Below, piece after piece: positions 63,800 through 64,000 of a DNA stretch of 64,000 bases. The notes beneath the pieces were generated by a model. That model saw only the letters and a program-made list of their open reading frames with translations. It did not search any database and was not told the origin of the DNA. Origin of the DNA: Tubulanus polymorphus (taxonomy: Eukaryota > Animalia > Nemertea). The translations under genes and the position numbers were made by a program. The stretch covers positions 19,430,560 to 19,494,559 of the forward strand of contig NC_134027.1 in assembly GCF_964204645.1 (NCBI RefSeq). Direction: 5' to 3'. Position 1 is the stretch's first letter. Each line of letters opens with the position of its first letter.

Positions 63800-64000
63800 G
63801 CAACGCGAGGATCGCATCGCGTTGCAAGGCCGACCTACGTCCGGCTTTAAGTTACTGCGGAGCCCCAGAAATATCTTTTTTTTTTCGTTCAAAAGACCTT
63901 TCGCTTGAAAATTCTTTCGTCGAAACAAAATTTATTTCGTTCTTACCAATAATATTCTGTTCGATTGAACCAATTTGAAAAAGTCGTTAGAACAAAGTTG
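63800..64000 (-). repeat. Composite dispersed repeat, copy 4 (partial, includes the right TIR of the Harbinger-like MITE)
   Basis: Near identity to 14370-14560; runs off the window edge. Confidence 0.8.

Overview
AT-rich eukaryotic (animal) genomic DNA. The transposon repertoire suggests a marine invertebrate such as a lophotrochozoan (inference). One intact host gene can be rebuilt by hand: a 9-coding-exon SLC38A7/SNAT7-like lysosomal amino-acid transporter on the + strand (24346-52962, 1398 nt, 465 aa, all introns GT-AG and phase-compatible). Most of the rest is layered mobile DNA. LINEs: an RTE-X-like fragment, a full-length but frameshifted CR1/L2-group element with an esterase ORF1, a 5'-truncated CR1 and an L2 tail. 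LTR elements: a degraded BEL/Pao element interrupted by a solo LTR, and a Gmr1-type Gypsy (integrase before RT, tRNA-Leu PBS) in the first coding intron. DNA elements: many non-autonomous copies whose termini and target duplications can be read directly (2, 5, 8, 9 and 10 bp TSDs), Helentron-like (HINE) elements and a hAT transposase relic. The least explained pieces are a cluster of small intronless virus-like ORFs (5.2-6.4 kb), a 2-kb foldback element built from a 205-bp satellite with telomere-like TTAGG motifs, and a dispersed composite repeat carrying a dead CR1 RT fragment. No prokaryotic features, CRISPR arrays or complete RNA genes were found. I found no clearly new biological system, so the findings are leads only. 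Superfamily names come from terminal and TSD signatures and protein motifs read by eye, not from database searches.
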